A stretch of DNA of 55,604 nucleotides, from the NCBI GenBank assembly GCA_003152165.1, contig PLZO01000029.1, positions 1-55,604 on the forward strand. Direction: 5' to 3'. This document shows, in pieces, positions 18,528 through 27,449 of this stretch. The notes beneath the pieces were generated by a model that was not told where the DNA came from, searched no databases, and saw only the letters and a list, made by a program, of their open reading frames with translations. The translations under genes were made by a program, and so were the position numbers. This DNA is from Chloroflexota bacterium (lineage in GTDB: Bacteria; Chloroflexota; Limnocylindria; Limnocylindrales; CSP1-4). Every line of letters begins with the position of its first letter. The first letter of the stretch is position 1.

Positions 18528-19028
18528 TTGCGGCCCGAGATCACCCGCGAGATCGTGTCCGGTCTGAAACAAGCGGGCATCGACTTGGTGTCGTACCTGC
18601 CCGAATCGTGGCTGCACGACGTGTACGACGTGCTGCTGGCCGATCCCGCATTCGAGACCGTGCTGGGCACCAACGAGGGCGAATGCGTGGGCATCGCCGC
18701 GGGTGCCTGGCTGGGCGGCCGGCGGGCGGTGGTCATCATGGAGAACTCCGGCCTGCGCGTGGCGGCGGAGGCGCTGGCGCGCTTAGGCATGGGGCATGGT
18801 CTGCCGGTGCTCATGATCATGCCCTTCCGCGGCGACCTGGGCGACCCCGACTGGTGGGCGCAGGCCCACGGCGTCACGCTGCGCCCGCTCCTCGAGGCCC
18901 TGCGCATCCCCTACCGAGTGGTCGATCGCGACGAGGATGTCGCCCGTTCCATCGTCGCCGCCTGGACGACCATCCACGCCTCGAAGTATCCGGCCGCGGT
19001 CATCCTGGGCCAAAGGGTCTGCCAGTGA
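18528..19028 (+). CDS. Split ThDP-dependent decarboxylase, alpha subunit (sulfopyruvate/phosphonopyruvate decarboxylase ComD-like)
   Basis: TTG at 18528 after GGAGGG. NEGECVGIAAGAWLGGRRAVVIMENSGLRVAAEAL...LPVLMIM is the pyrimidine-binding domain pattern. About 166 aa, as for ComD. Confidence 0.75.
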   Translation: MRPEITREIVSGLKQAGIDLVSYLPESWLHDVYDVLLADPAFETVLGTNEGECVGIAAGAWLGGRRAVVIMENSGLRVAAEALARLGMGHGLPVLMIMPFRGDLGDPDWWAQAHGVTLRPLLEALRIPYRVVDRDEDVARSIVAAWTTIHASKYPAAVILGQRVCQ

Positions 19029-19630
19029 AGCGTATCGACTGCCTGCGGGCGCTCGGGCCCTCAGTCACCGACGAGGACCTGGTCATCATCTCGCTGGGTG
19101 GGACCGGCCTCGAATGGCACGCCACCCGGCCCGGCGACAACAACCTCTTCCTTGTGGCCATGGGATGCAACACGCCGGTCGCCCTCGGCCTGGCGCTAGC
19201 CCTGAAGCACCGCCGCATCATCCTGCTCGAGACGGACGGCAGCCTCCTGCTAAACATGGGAGCGCTGGCCACACTGGGCAACCTGGCCCCGCCCAACCTG
19301 CGCATCTTCGTCTTCGACAACCAGGGCTACGAGCGGGTTCGCCACGACATCTCGGCCACCAGCGGCAAGACCGACCTGGCCGCCATCGCCCGTGGCTGCG
19401 GCATCGCCGGTGCGTCCACGGTGCGCACCGACCACGAGTTCGCGATCGCCGCCGACGCTACCATGCGCGGCGACGGCCTCTCGTTCGTGGTCGCCAAAGT
19501 GGAGCCCGGCATCGCCGCCGTGCCCGGCCGACCGAGCGATGGGCTCGAGGAAAAGTACCGCTTCGTCCGCCACGTCGAGCGTCTGGAGGGACGAACCATC
19601 CTGGCCGCCTATCGGGCCAAACTGGACTGA
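19025..19630 (+). CDS. Split ThDP-dependent decarboxylase, beta subunit (ComE-like)
   Basis: The GTG at 19025 overlaps the alpha-subunit stop (GTGA). The ThDP/Mg motif region reads LLETDGSLLLNMGALATLG...LRIFVFDNQGY. Confidence 0.75.
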   Translation: MKRIDCLRALGPSVTDEDLVIISLGGTGLEWHATRPGDNNLFLVAMGCNTPVALGLALALKHRRIILLETDGSLLLNMGALATLGNLAPPNLRIFVFDNQGYERVRHDISATSGKTDLAAIARGCGIAGASTVRTDHEFAIAADATMRGDGLSFVVAKVEPGIAAVPGRPSDGLEEKYRFVRHVERLEGRTILAAYRAKLD

Positions 19631-19670
19631 CAGTGACCGCTCGCTGAACCCCGACAAGAGGAGCCGCACC

Positions 19671-21071
19671 ATGCCCAAAAATCTGCGCACGTTCCTCGAA
19701 GAGGTGCAGACCCGCTGGCCGGACGATGTCCGCGTCGTCAAGCGGTCGGTCGACCCACGCTTCGAGATCACCGGCCTGCTGGCCAACCTGGAGCGGACGG
19801 GCCGCTTCCCGGTCGTCCGCTTCGATGACGTGCAGGGCTCCGCGTTGCCCGTGCTCATCAACCTCTTCGGGACCTACGAGCGCTGCGCGATGGCCCTGGG
19901 CCAGTCCTCCCTGTGGGAGGCTATCACCCGGTCGTCCGAGCGCGAAGCCGATCCCATCCCCACCCACGAGGTCACCGACGCGCCGTGCCAGGAGGTCGTC
20001 CTCACCGGCGACCAGGTCGACCTTCGGCGCCTGCCCATCACCACGCACAACGAGCTCGACGCGGGCGCCTACGTCTGCTCTGGCGGCACGATCATCAAGG
20101 ATCCCGATTCCGGCGCGCACAACGTGGGGATCTACCGCCACCAGGTGTTCGGGCCCCGGGAACTGGGCTATTTCGTGAATCCCTCCCACCACGGCAACTA
20201 TGTCCGGGTGCGCTACGAGGAGCTCGACCGGCCGATGCCGGTGGCCATCGCGGTCGGTCATCACCCGGCCATGCTGCTCGCCTCGGCGGCCCAGTTGCCG
20301 CGCATCGGCGGCGAGTTCGAGATGGCCGGCGGGATCATGGGTGAGTCGATGGGCCTGGTGAAGGCGGCCACCCAGGACATCATGGTGCCGTCGGAGGCGG
20401 AGGTCATCATCGAAGGCCAGATCGAGCCCCGTCACAAGCGGGACGAGGGCCCCTTCGGCGAGTACCCCTGGTATTACACCGGCTTGGGCGACCGGCCGGT
20501 CATCACGGTCACCGGCATCACCATGCGCCACGACGCGATCTGGCAGGACATCAACGCCGCCCACCCGGAGCACAACTGCCTGGGCATGATCCCCAAGGCC
20601 GGCAGCATCTGGCGGCGGGTCCTGGATGCCGTGCCCCATGCCACCAAAATGAACCTGCCCATGTCCGGGTGCGCCCGGCTCCACTGCTACATCTCGCTGC
20701 GCAAGCGGGCCGACGGCGAGCCCAAGCAGGCTGCCTTCGCCGCCTTCGCCGCCGAGGCGAACCTGAAGATGGTAGTGCTAGTGGACGACGATATCGATGT
20801 GTTCAATGAGCCAGAGGTGCTGTGGGCCGTGGCCACCCGCTTCCAGGGCGACCAGGACCTCTCGGTCATCCCCAACGCCCTCGGGGCGCATCTGGACCCG
20901 ACCGCCTTCGATATCACGCGCCTGCAGCACGGGGCGATGTCCACCAAGCTCATTATCGACGCGACCAAGCCGGCGCCGCCGACCGACTTCCCGAAGCGCG
21001 CGCTGGTGCCGAGCGCGGTGATCGATCGGATGGAGCCCGATCAGTACCTGGAGCCGATCACGCCGGCCTGA
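19671..21071 (+). CDS. UbiD-family (prenyl-FMN-dependent) reversible decarboxylase
   Basis: I start it at MPKNLRTFLEEV after AGAGGAG. The N-terminus LRTFLEEV...VKRSVDPRFEITGL...PVVRFDDVQGSALPVLINLFG is typical of UbiD. 466 aa. Confidence 0.85.
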   Translation: MPKNLRTFLEEVQTRWPDDVRVVKRSVDPRFEITGLLANLERTGRFPVVRFDDVQGSALPVLINLFGTYERCAMALGQSSLWEAITRSSEREADPIPTHEVTDAPCQEVVLTGDQVDLRRLPITTHNELDAGAYVCSGGTIIKDPDSGAHNVGIYRHQVFGPRELGYFVNPSHHGNYVRVRYEELDRPMPVAIAVGHHPAMLLASAAQLPRIGGEFEMAGGIMGESMGLVKAATQDIMVPSEAEVIIEGQIEPRHKRDEGPFGEYPWYYTGLGDRPVITVTGITMRHDAIWQDINAAHPEHNCLGMIPKAGSIWRRVLDAVPHATKMNLPMSGCARLHCYISLRKRADGEPKQAAFAAFAAEANLKMVVLVDDDIDVFNEPEVLWAVATRFQGDQDLSVIPNALGAHLDPTAFDITRLQHGAMSTKLIIDATKPAPPTDFPKRALVPSAVIDRMEPDQYLEPITPA

Positions 21072-21081
21072 GCCGACGCGC

Positions 21082-21106
21082 GGGGCGGCCGTAGCACGGC
21101 CGCCCC
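21082..21106. terminator. GC-rich hairpin between convergent genes (candidate bidirectional terminator)
   Basis: GGGGCGGCCG-TAGCA-CGGCCGCCCC, a perfect 10-bp stem. It sits in the 35-nt gap between the UbiD stop (21071) and the pyrD stop (21107). There is no obvious U-tract. Confidence 0.5.
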
Positions 21107-22063
21107 TCAACCGGCCTGAGCCGGCATCAGGTCGTGGGCCGACGGCCCCGGCTCGAGCGCGCCGATCAGGTCGCGTACGGAAGCCACGCCGTCGTCAGCC
21201 AGGCGCGTCTCGAGCGCGGTGACGATCCTAAGCATGGTGTCGGGGCGGGTGAACGTCGCCGATCCGACCTGCACGGCGCTCGCCCCGGCGAGCAGGAACT
21301 CGAGCACGTCGTCGACGGTCGCGATGCCGCCCACTCCGATGACCGGGATGGCCACCGCCTGCGCCACCTGCCACACGCAACGCAGCGCCACCGGCTTGAT
21401 AGCCGGCCCGGTGAAGCCGGCGGTCGGGGTGCCGGTCCGAGTGCGTCGCGTGCGCCCGTCGATTGCCATGCCCATCAGCGCATTGACAGCCGTGATCGCG
21501 GTCGCACCGCCGGCCTCGGCGGCCCGGGCGATGGCCGCGATCGAGGTGACGTTAGGCGTTAGCTTGACGATGACCGGCACGTCGACGCGCTCGACCACGC
21601 CCCGCACGACTGCCTCCACTACCTCCGGCACGGCGCCGATCTCCAGGCCGCCCGCCTCCAGGTTGGGACAGGACACGTTGACCTCAAAGGCGGCGATCCC
21701 GGCCACGCCGGCCAGGCGCGCGGCGATCTCCAAATAGGCGGCTATGGTGAGGCCGCCGATGCTCACGATGAGCGGCGGCGACCATGTCCGGTAGCGTGGC
21801 AGCAGCTCGGCGATGAAAGCCTCGGCACCCCGGCTGGGGATGCCCACCGAGTTGAGCATGCCGGCGTAGGTCTCGGCCAGGCGGTGGGCCGGATTGCCTG
21901 ACCGCGGCTCGGCGAAGACCGTCTTGGTGACCATCGCGCCCAGGCGCTCGAGGTCGACCACGTCGCCCAGTTCTGGGCCGAAACAGCCGGAGGCGGGCAT
22001 GATCGGATTGCGCAGCGCCAGGCTGCCGAGCTCGATGCTCAGGTCAGGCGGCGGCGTGCTCAT
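21107..22063 (-). CDS. pyrD: Dihydroorotate dehydrogenase class 1B, catalytic subunit
   Basis: I start it at MSTPPPDLSIELGSLALRNPIMPASGCFG. Also MLNSVGIPSRG, EVNVSCPN, VKLTPNV, GFTGPAIKPVALR and IGVGGIATVDDVLEFLLAGASAVQVGSA. Confidence 0.9.
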   Translation of the reverse strand: MSTPPPDLSIELGSLALRNPIMPASGCFGPELGDVVDLERLGAMVTKTVFAEPRSGNPAHRLAETYAGMLNSVGIPSRGAEAFIAELLPRYRTWSPPLIVSIGGLTIAAYLEIAARLAGVAGIAAFEVNVSCPNLEAGGLEIGAVPEVVEAVVRGVVERVDVPVIVKLTPNVTSIAAIARAAEAGGATAITAVNALMGMAIDGRTRRTRTGTPTAGFTGPAIKPVALRCVWQVAQAVAIPVIGVGGIATVDDVLEFLLAGASAVQVGSATFTRPDTMLRIVTALETRLADDGVASVRDLIGALEPGPSAHDLMPAQAG

Positions 22064-22941
22064 GCCACCGGTGCGGACGGGAGGTGGCGGAAGACGGGCC
22101 CGTCGCGGCACACGAGCGGCGACTCCTCGACCAGCCCGGGATGGCCCGTGGCACAGCCGTGGCAGAAGCCCAGACCGCATGCCATGTGGGCCTCGAGCGA
22201 GACCTGGACGCCCGTCCCAGTCGCCCGCGCCATCTCCAGGGCCAGACGCAGCAACCGGTCGGAACCGCACGCATAGATCTGGTCGACGCCGGTACGACAG
22301 TTTTCGGCCAGCCACGCGCCGACCGGTCCGACGCCGCTCGAGCCGTCGGTGTCGACGACCTCCCGCACCTCGACCGCGCCGGCCGCGCGGTAGGCCTCGC
22401 CGCCCACCAGCGCGTCGGAGTGGCGCGCGCTCACCAGGGCGTGCACGGCGATGCCGCGCGCGGCGGCGACGCCGGCGAGGGCCGTCAGCGAGCACGTCCC
22501 AATGCCCCGCCCGAGCAGCACGATGCGCTGCGCCGCGGGGAGCAGCACGAAGCCCCGCCCGAGCGGTCCGACGGTCACGATCCGATCGCCGCACGACCAG
22601 CGCGTCAGCCGCCGCGTCCCCTCACCGACCACGCGGTAGACGATCTCGATCCGACCGCCCGCCCGATCCCAGCCATAGATGGCCATCGGCCGAGGCAGCA
22701 CGGGCCAGCTTTCCTCGCCACGTGCGACGGTGAGCATCGCGAACTGGCCGGGCTCGACGGTCCGCGCGATGGCCGGCGCATCCAGCACCAGGCGCCAGTA
22801 CTCCGGCGCGATCAGGCCGTGCGTGACGACGGCCGCCTCGAGCAGCGCGGGCGGCGCTACCCGCGGCGCGGACGGGCCGGTCTCGGGGAGACGGGCCAGC
22901 CGGGGCAGGCTGCCCGTCGCCCCGGCGCTCGCGCCCACCAC
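22060..22941 (-). CDS. pyrK: DHOD 1B electron-transfer subunit (FAD / 2Fe-2S)
   Basis: RPMAIY FAD motif, LLGRGIGTCSL, and the C-terminal cluster MACGLGFCHGC...VCRDGPVF. I place the start at GTG 22941, just after the upstream stop. Its stop overlaps the pyrD start (ATGA). Confidence 0.85.
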   Translation of the reverse strand: MVGASAGATGSLPRLARLPETGPSAPRVAPPALLEAAVVTHGLIAPEYWRLVLDAPAIARTVEPGQFAMLTVARGEESWPVLPRPMAIYGWDRAGGRIEIVYRVVGEGTRRLTRWSCGDRIVTVGPLGRGFVLLPAAQRIVLLGRGIGTCSLTALAGVAAARGIAVHALVSARHSDALVGGEAYRAAGAVEVREVVDTDGSSGVGPVGAWLAENCRTGVDQIYACGSDRLLRLALEMARATGTGVQVSLEAHMACGLGFCHGCATGHPGLVEESPLVCRDGPVFRHLPSAPVA

Positions 22942-22943
22942 GG

Positions 22944-24323
22944 TCAGCCGCCCTCGGCGGTCGGCAGCGTCTCGAGCGAGCCGAGGAGGGTGTCGAGGCG
23001 CAGCACGGACCTGCGCAGGACCTCGACGCCGCGCGCGATATCGGACGCGCTGGTCCACTCCTCGGGTACATGGCTGAGGCCGCCGCGGCTGGGCACGAAG
23101 ACGATGCCCGCCGGCGTCACCCCGTTGATAACCTGGGCATCGTGGCCGGCGCCGCTGGTCATGACCTTGTAAGCGTAACCCAACTCGGCGCACACGCCGC
23201 TGGTCAAGCCGCGGATCCAGATGGGCAGCACGACCGGCGACGTGTCGGCGATGACTTCCGCGGTCACGCCTACCTTGCGGCGCTCGGCGAACGCCCGCGC
23301 CCGACGCACCACCTCGACCGCCAGCTGGCGCTGGCGATCCGAGTCGACGTCCCGGATGTCGACCGTCAGGCTGACCAGGCCGGGGATGGTCGTGATGCTA
23401 TTGGGGTGGACGTCCAGGCGCCCCACGGTGAGGCGGGCGCCCCGATTACGCGCGTCGTGCGCAATGGCCTCCGCCGCCAGCACGACCTCCGAGGCCGCCA
23501 CCAGAGCGTCCTTGCGGATGGCCATCGGCGTGCCGCCCGAATGGTCGGCACGGCCGGAGAGGACGAGGCGCAGGCGCGTGCTGCCCGACACGATGTCGAC
23601 TAGCCCGACCGGCGTGCCCTCCGCCTCCAGGGTGCGCGCCTGTTCGATATGCAGCTCGAGGAAGGCGGCCCAGTCGGCCGGCCGCCAGGCCGCACCGGGC
23701 ACCGCCCCCGGCTCCATCCCCAAGGATCGCAGCGCCTCCGCCAAGCTGACGCCGTCGGCGTCGCGGATGCGCGTCAGGTCGCGATCGGCGAGGTCGCCCG
23801 CCGCCGCTTTGCTGCCGATACACGGCTCCCCGAACCGGGCGCCCTCCTCGCCCGCGAAGATGACCACGCGCAGCGGATGTGCCAGCCGCGTCTCGTCCTC
23901 GATCAGCAGGCGCACCAGCTCGACCGCACCGACGACACCCACGATTCCGTCGAACTTGCCACCATGATAGACGCTGTCGAGGTGTGAGCCGACTCCGATG
24001 GCCGGGCGGGCGTCGCCTGCGCCGCCATAGGTGGCGATAGTGTTGCCGATCGCGTCCACCCGAACCTCGAGGGCCAACTCGCGCAACCAGCCCCCGACCA
24101 ACTCGTGCGCCTCGCGCTCCTCGCGTGTGAATGCCAGTCGGGAGACGCCACCGCCTGGGTCCGCGCCGATGCGGCCGATGCGAGCGATCTGCTCGCCGAT
24201 GCGCGCCGGATCGGCGCGGGTGGGCGTCGCGGCCGCTCCGGCCGCCGGTTCGTCCTCGGTCGTGCCGGCGTCCTCAGGCGACGACGGAACGGTTGTGCGC
24301 CCCCGGCCGCGGGCGATGGTCAT
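22944..24323 (-). CDS. M20-family amidohydrolase (N-carbamoyl-amino-acid / allantoate / beta-ureidopropionase type)
   Basis: GGVSRLAFTREE...WLRE...VRVDAIGN...GSHLDSVYHGGKFDGIVGV...GRADHSGGTPM...SGAGHDAQ. The ATG at 24323 overlaps the upstream stop (ATGA). Confidence 0.85.
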   Translation of the reverse strand: MTIARGRGRTTVPSSPEDAGTTEDEPAAGAAATPTRADPARIGEQIARIGRIGADPGGGVSRLAFTREEREAHELVGGWLRELALEVRVDAIGNTIATYGGAGDARPAIGVGSHLDSVYHGGKFDGIVGVVGAVELVRLLIEDETRLAHPLRVVIFAGEEGARFGEPCIGSKAAAGDLADRDLTRIRDADGVSLAEALRSLGMEPGAVPGAAWRPADWAAFLELHIEQARTLEAEGTPVGLVDIVSGSTRLRLVLSGRADHSGGTPMAIRKDALVAASEVVLAAEAIAHDARNRGARLTVGRLDVHPNSITTIPGLVSLTVDIRDVDSDRQRQLAVEVVRRARAFAERRKVGVTAEVIADTSPVVLPIWIRGLTSGVCAELGYAYKVMTSGAGHDAQVINGVTPAGIVFVPSRGGLSHVPEEWTSASDIARGVEVLRRSVLRLDTLLGSLETLPTAEGG

Positions 24324-24853
24324 CGGGCGGCCGCGTCCGATTGACTGCTGGCCGGCGGTTGCACCAGGCACACGATCCGGCCGGCCTGGTCGGCCACCTC
24401 GTCGAGGGCAGGGGTCGCCAGCAGCACGGCCGTCCCCACCAGGCTGCCCTCGAGCTGCTCCGCCAACGCGCGCGCTGCGCGTACGACATGACCATCGCGG
24501 ACGGCGTCCGCCACCAATAGCACGCGGCTGCCGGCCTCGATGCCCGGGCCGTGTCCGACCAGGCCATCGGCGTCATAGGCGCGCACGACGGAGACGCCCA
24601 GCTCGCGACCCACGACGTGCGCCAGCGCCACGTCCTCCGGGCGTTCCCAGATGAGCACCACCGACGGGTCCAGCTCGCGCGCCCGGGCGGCCAGCTCGAT
24701 GCCAAGCTGCTCCACGCCGGGTGGGTCGAGCAGCCCGTTGTAGGCGGGCAGCGCGTCGTCCCGCTCCGACCGGCCGGCCGTGGGCACGACCGCGGCGGCC
24801 GCAAGCAGCTTGCGCGCGCGATCCTCGTCCAGGCGCACGTGCGTCGCGCTCAC
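24320..24853 (-). CDS. Phosphoribosyltransferase-fold protein with a degenerate PRPP motif
   Basis: 177 aa. It has GSRVLLVADAVRDGHVV where PRTs have hhhh(D/E)D-h-x-T/S-G. Its GTG start overlaps the pyrE stop (GTGA). Confidence 0.6.
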   Translation of the reverse strand: MSATHVRLDEDRARKLLAAAAVVPTAGRSERDDALPAYNGLLDPPGVEQLGIELAARARELDPSVVLIWERPEDVALAHVVGRELGVSVVRAYDADGLVGHGPGIEAGSRVLLVADAVRDGHVVRAARALAEQLEGSLVGTAVLLATPALDEVADQAGRIVCLVQPPASSQSDAAAR

Positions 24854-25434
24854 AGTCCGAGCCCTGATCGGCTGAAGAGCGTCGAGAGGGTGAAACCGGC
24901 CGCCGAGATGGCCTCCGTGCCGCCCTGCTCGCGATCGATGACGGCCAGGATGCCGATGACCCGGGCACCCGCGTCGACGATGCGTTCCGCGGCGCGGATG
25001 GCCTGCGAGCCCGTGCTGATGACGTCCTCGATAAGTACCACGCGTTCCCCAGGATACAGCTCCCCTTCCACGAGGCGGGCCGTACTGTAAGCCTTGCTGC
25101 CCTTGCGGGCGATCACGAAGGGCAGCCCGGTCTCCAGCGAGAGGGCCGTGGCAAGGGCCACCGCACCTAGCTCGGTGCCCGCGATCCGGTCGGTCTCGGG
25201 GGGCACCAACTCGGCCAAGAACGAGGCCAGCCGGCGCAGGATGCCGGGCTTGGTCTCGAAGAGGTATTTGTCGAAGTAGTAGTTGCTGCGGGCCCCGGAA
25301 CTGAGCACGAAGTCGCCGCGCAGGTAGGCGGCCCCGACGGTGTCGCGGGCCAGCTCGGCGAGGCGACGCTCGCGGTCGCGGCGCACGCCAAAGACGAACG
25401 GCTCCCCTGCTTCGATCTCTGCCAGCTCGGTCAT
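24850..25434 (-). CDS. pyrE: Orotate phosphoribosyltransferase-like
   Basis: I start it at MTELAEIE (ATG 25432-25434). LRGDFVLSSGARSNYYFDKY, GTELGAVALATA, and the PRPP loop GERVVLIEDVISTGSQ. Confidence 0.85.
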   Translation of the reverse strand: MTELAEIEAGEPFVFGVRRDRERRLAELARDTVGAAYLRGDFVLSSGARSNYYFDKYLFETKPGILRRLASFLAELVPPETDRIAGTELGAVALATALSLETGLPFVIARKGSKAYSTARLVEGELYPGERVVLIEDVISTGSQAIRAAERIVDAGARVIGILAVIDREQGGTEAISAAGFTLSTLFSRSGLGL

Positions 25435-25835
25435 CCGCTCACCTGTTTCATACTGTAGCGACCCGCTGCCTAGCATTGGTGGCCTGGGAAGGAGGCCAAA
25501 GTATACCGTCGCGTACGTCCGCATCGCTGCAGGACGTGGCCTAGGGGCGTTCATGGTCCCGGCTGGAGCACGCCCTGGGCGCCCCGGACCAGCAGGTCCA
25601 GGCTGGCCAGCAGGAGCACCAGGAGGATGGCAAGACGATGTTCTGATCCGGAGGCGGACGCGGCGTATCGGAGCATTTGGAACGCCGACTGCGAAGGTAT
25701 GCGACCTCAAGTGACCAACGCAACATCCTCGACGAGGATCGTTGAGACGAGGCGCTTGAGGAGGCAGTCAGATGGGTTCAGCGCGGCGCGTGCCCAACGT
25801 GTCGGATGAGCACGCGCGTTCCCGCGCAGGGGCAG

Positions 25836-26552
25836 TCATCGCGGGTCGAACGGGAAGCCAGGGTCGAGCGCGGCAGGCTCCACGCGACTGTCGTCCATCG
25901 CCCAGGTCACGTCGGTGTAAACGTGTACGACCCCCGGGACCATGCTCACAGATCGCTCGATCAGCTCGGCGGTTGAGCGTCGCTCGACCCGCCCGCTGAT
26001 CGAGGCCATGCCGTCCGTGACGATGACCGTGAACAATGCCGGGTCGAGGCAGAGGATGCCGCGGAGGAAGTCCTCGCGGATCGTCCTGGCCAGCTGGTCG
26101 TCCGAGCGCACGTACGCTCGAACGAGATCGGCGCGCGTGACGATGCCGACGAGCCGTCCGTCGTCCACGACGGGTAGTCGGTTGACGCCTCGGGCGATCA
26201 TGACCGCGGCGGCCTCGGTGACGCGGTGACCCGACGTGATCGTGACGGCCGGCGCGGTCATGGCCTCGCTAGCAGTGACGGCACCGAGCTTGGCCAGCTG
26301 GGCTCGCGACTCCCGCGACTCACCCAGGAAGCGGGCGAGCGGCCGGTGCCGAACCGCGTTGGGACCCTGCTCCTTCACCAGCAGGTCGGCCTCGGACACG
26401 ACTCCGAGAACAGCGTCTTCCACATCGACCACTGGCAGGCCACTAATCCTGTGGTCGATGAGCAGATGGGCGACCTCCCTGAGAGGCGTGCCGCATCGGA
26501 CCGATATCACTGATTGGGTCATCACGTCGCGAACAGTCATCATCAGACTCAC
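25836..26552 (-). CDS. CBS-pair + BON domain protein
   Basis: MTVRDVMTQSVISV...ISGLPVVD and a second CBS (ASEAMTAPAVTI...VNRLPVVDDGRLVGIVTRADL), then a BON-like C-terminus (ISGRVERRSTAELIE). Confidence 0.85.
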   Translation of the reverse strand: MSLMMTVRDVMTQSVISVRCGTPLREVAHLLIDHRISGLPVVDVEDAVLGVVSEADLLVKEQGPNAVRHRPLARFLGESRESRAQLAKLGAVTASEAMTAPAVTITSGHRVTEAAAVMIARGVNRLPVVDDGRLVGIVTRADLVRAYVRSDDQLARTIREDFLRGILCLDPALFTVIVTDGMASISGRVERRSTAELIERSVSMVPGVVHVYTDVTWAMDDSRVEPAALDPGFPFDPR

Positions 26553-26940
26553 TCACCCTTCTAACCAAGGATGGCCCGCTGCCCCGCCAGCGACAGAGTC
26601 GAAGGTCGTGTCCTCATGGGCCAAGAGGCATGAGATCCCGGTGCCAACCCCTCGCCTCAAGCAGCCTGGCTGCCGAGCCGGTTGAGCCCGCCGTGACGAG
26701 CCGGATCGTATGGCACGCGATCGTGCCAGCAGCGCTAGATCACCCGCGACCAGGCTCTTGGCCAGGATCCGGATCGCGTGCGGGCGATCGGCCCCACGTC
26801 GTCGCGCTCGACGGTGGACGTCGTCGGCCCACGGGCTGACGTGCCGGCTGTTGTCGGCGAACTAACCTCGCGGAGCCGGGTGACGTCGTTGTCACGCACA
26901 GAGGAACCATAGGTCAGGGCGCGCTCATTCGGCGTCGGCC

Positions 26941-27207
26941 ATCGGGTGGCATGCTCGTCGAGGCGGGGTCGGCAAGACGTATATCACGGGCGCCCTCGCG
27001 CTCTCCGCCATCCGGGCCGGACACGGTGCTCTCTATGTGCGCACACCCCGTTTCGTCGCCGACGCGATCCTCGATCGACTCCTGGCAGGGTCCCAGCGGA
27101 TTGAACTGCGGGGTGAGTCGATGCGCCGAGTCGAGCCGCAGCAACACGCTTCGAAGGGCCTGGCGTCGGATCGGGTGACCACGCCCTTGGCGCATGAGGT
27201 TGCCTGA
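26941..27207 (+). mobile_element. IS21-family IstB helper ATPase remnant (internal deletion)
   Basis: Reads GVGKTYITGALALSAIRAGHGALYVRTPRF joined directly to VADAILDRLLAGSQRIELRGESMRR. That is Walker A fused to the extreme C-terminus. Confidence 0.7.
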
Positions 27208-27234
27208 AAGTCGACCCTGAGGCCGTTGACATCC

Positions 27235-27449
27235 ATAGGAGGGTCAACCTCGCTCGCTGGACGGCCCGGATCGGCCTGGGCGCCGGGATCGTCACGACCA
27301 AGACGTTCCGCCGGCGACTGTTCAACCTCGCGGGCCAGCTGACCCGCTCGGCCCGTCGCCTCCGACTCCACCTGGCGGCTCGCTGGCCGTGGGCGATCGA
27401 CTTCGCTGCGGCCCTCGCCCGGCTCCGGGCGATCCCGCTCCTCGCCTGA
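27235..27449 (+). mobile_element. IS1380-family transposase C-terminal remnant
   Basis: NLARWTARIGLGAGIVTTKTFRRRLFNLAGQLTRSARRLRLHLAARWPWAIDFAAALARLRAIPLLA*. Confidence 0.6.

Noticed and set aside
25551-25676. A 41-codon minus-strand ORF (MLRYAASASGSEHRLAILLVLLLASLDLLVRGAQGVLQPGP) upstream of pyrE that might encode a small membrane peptide.
   Set aside because: It has no RBS and no recognisable family, and an ORF this short in GC-rich DNA is easily spurious. I kept it only as a note.
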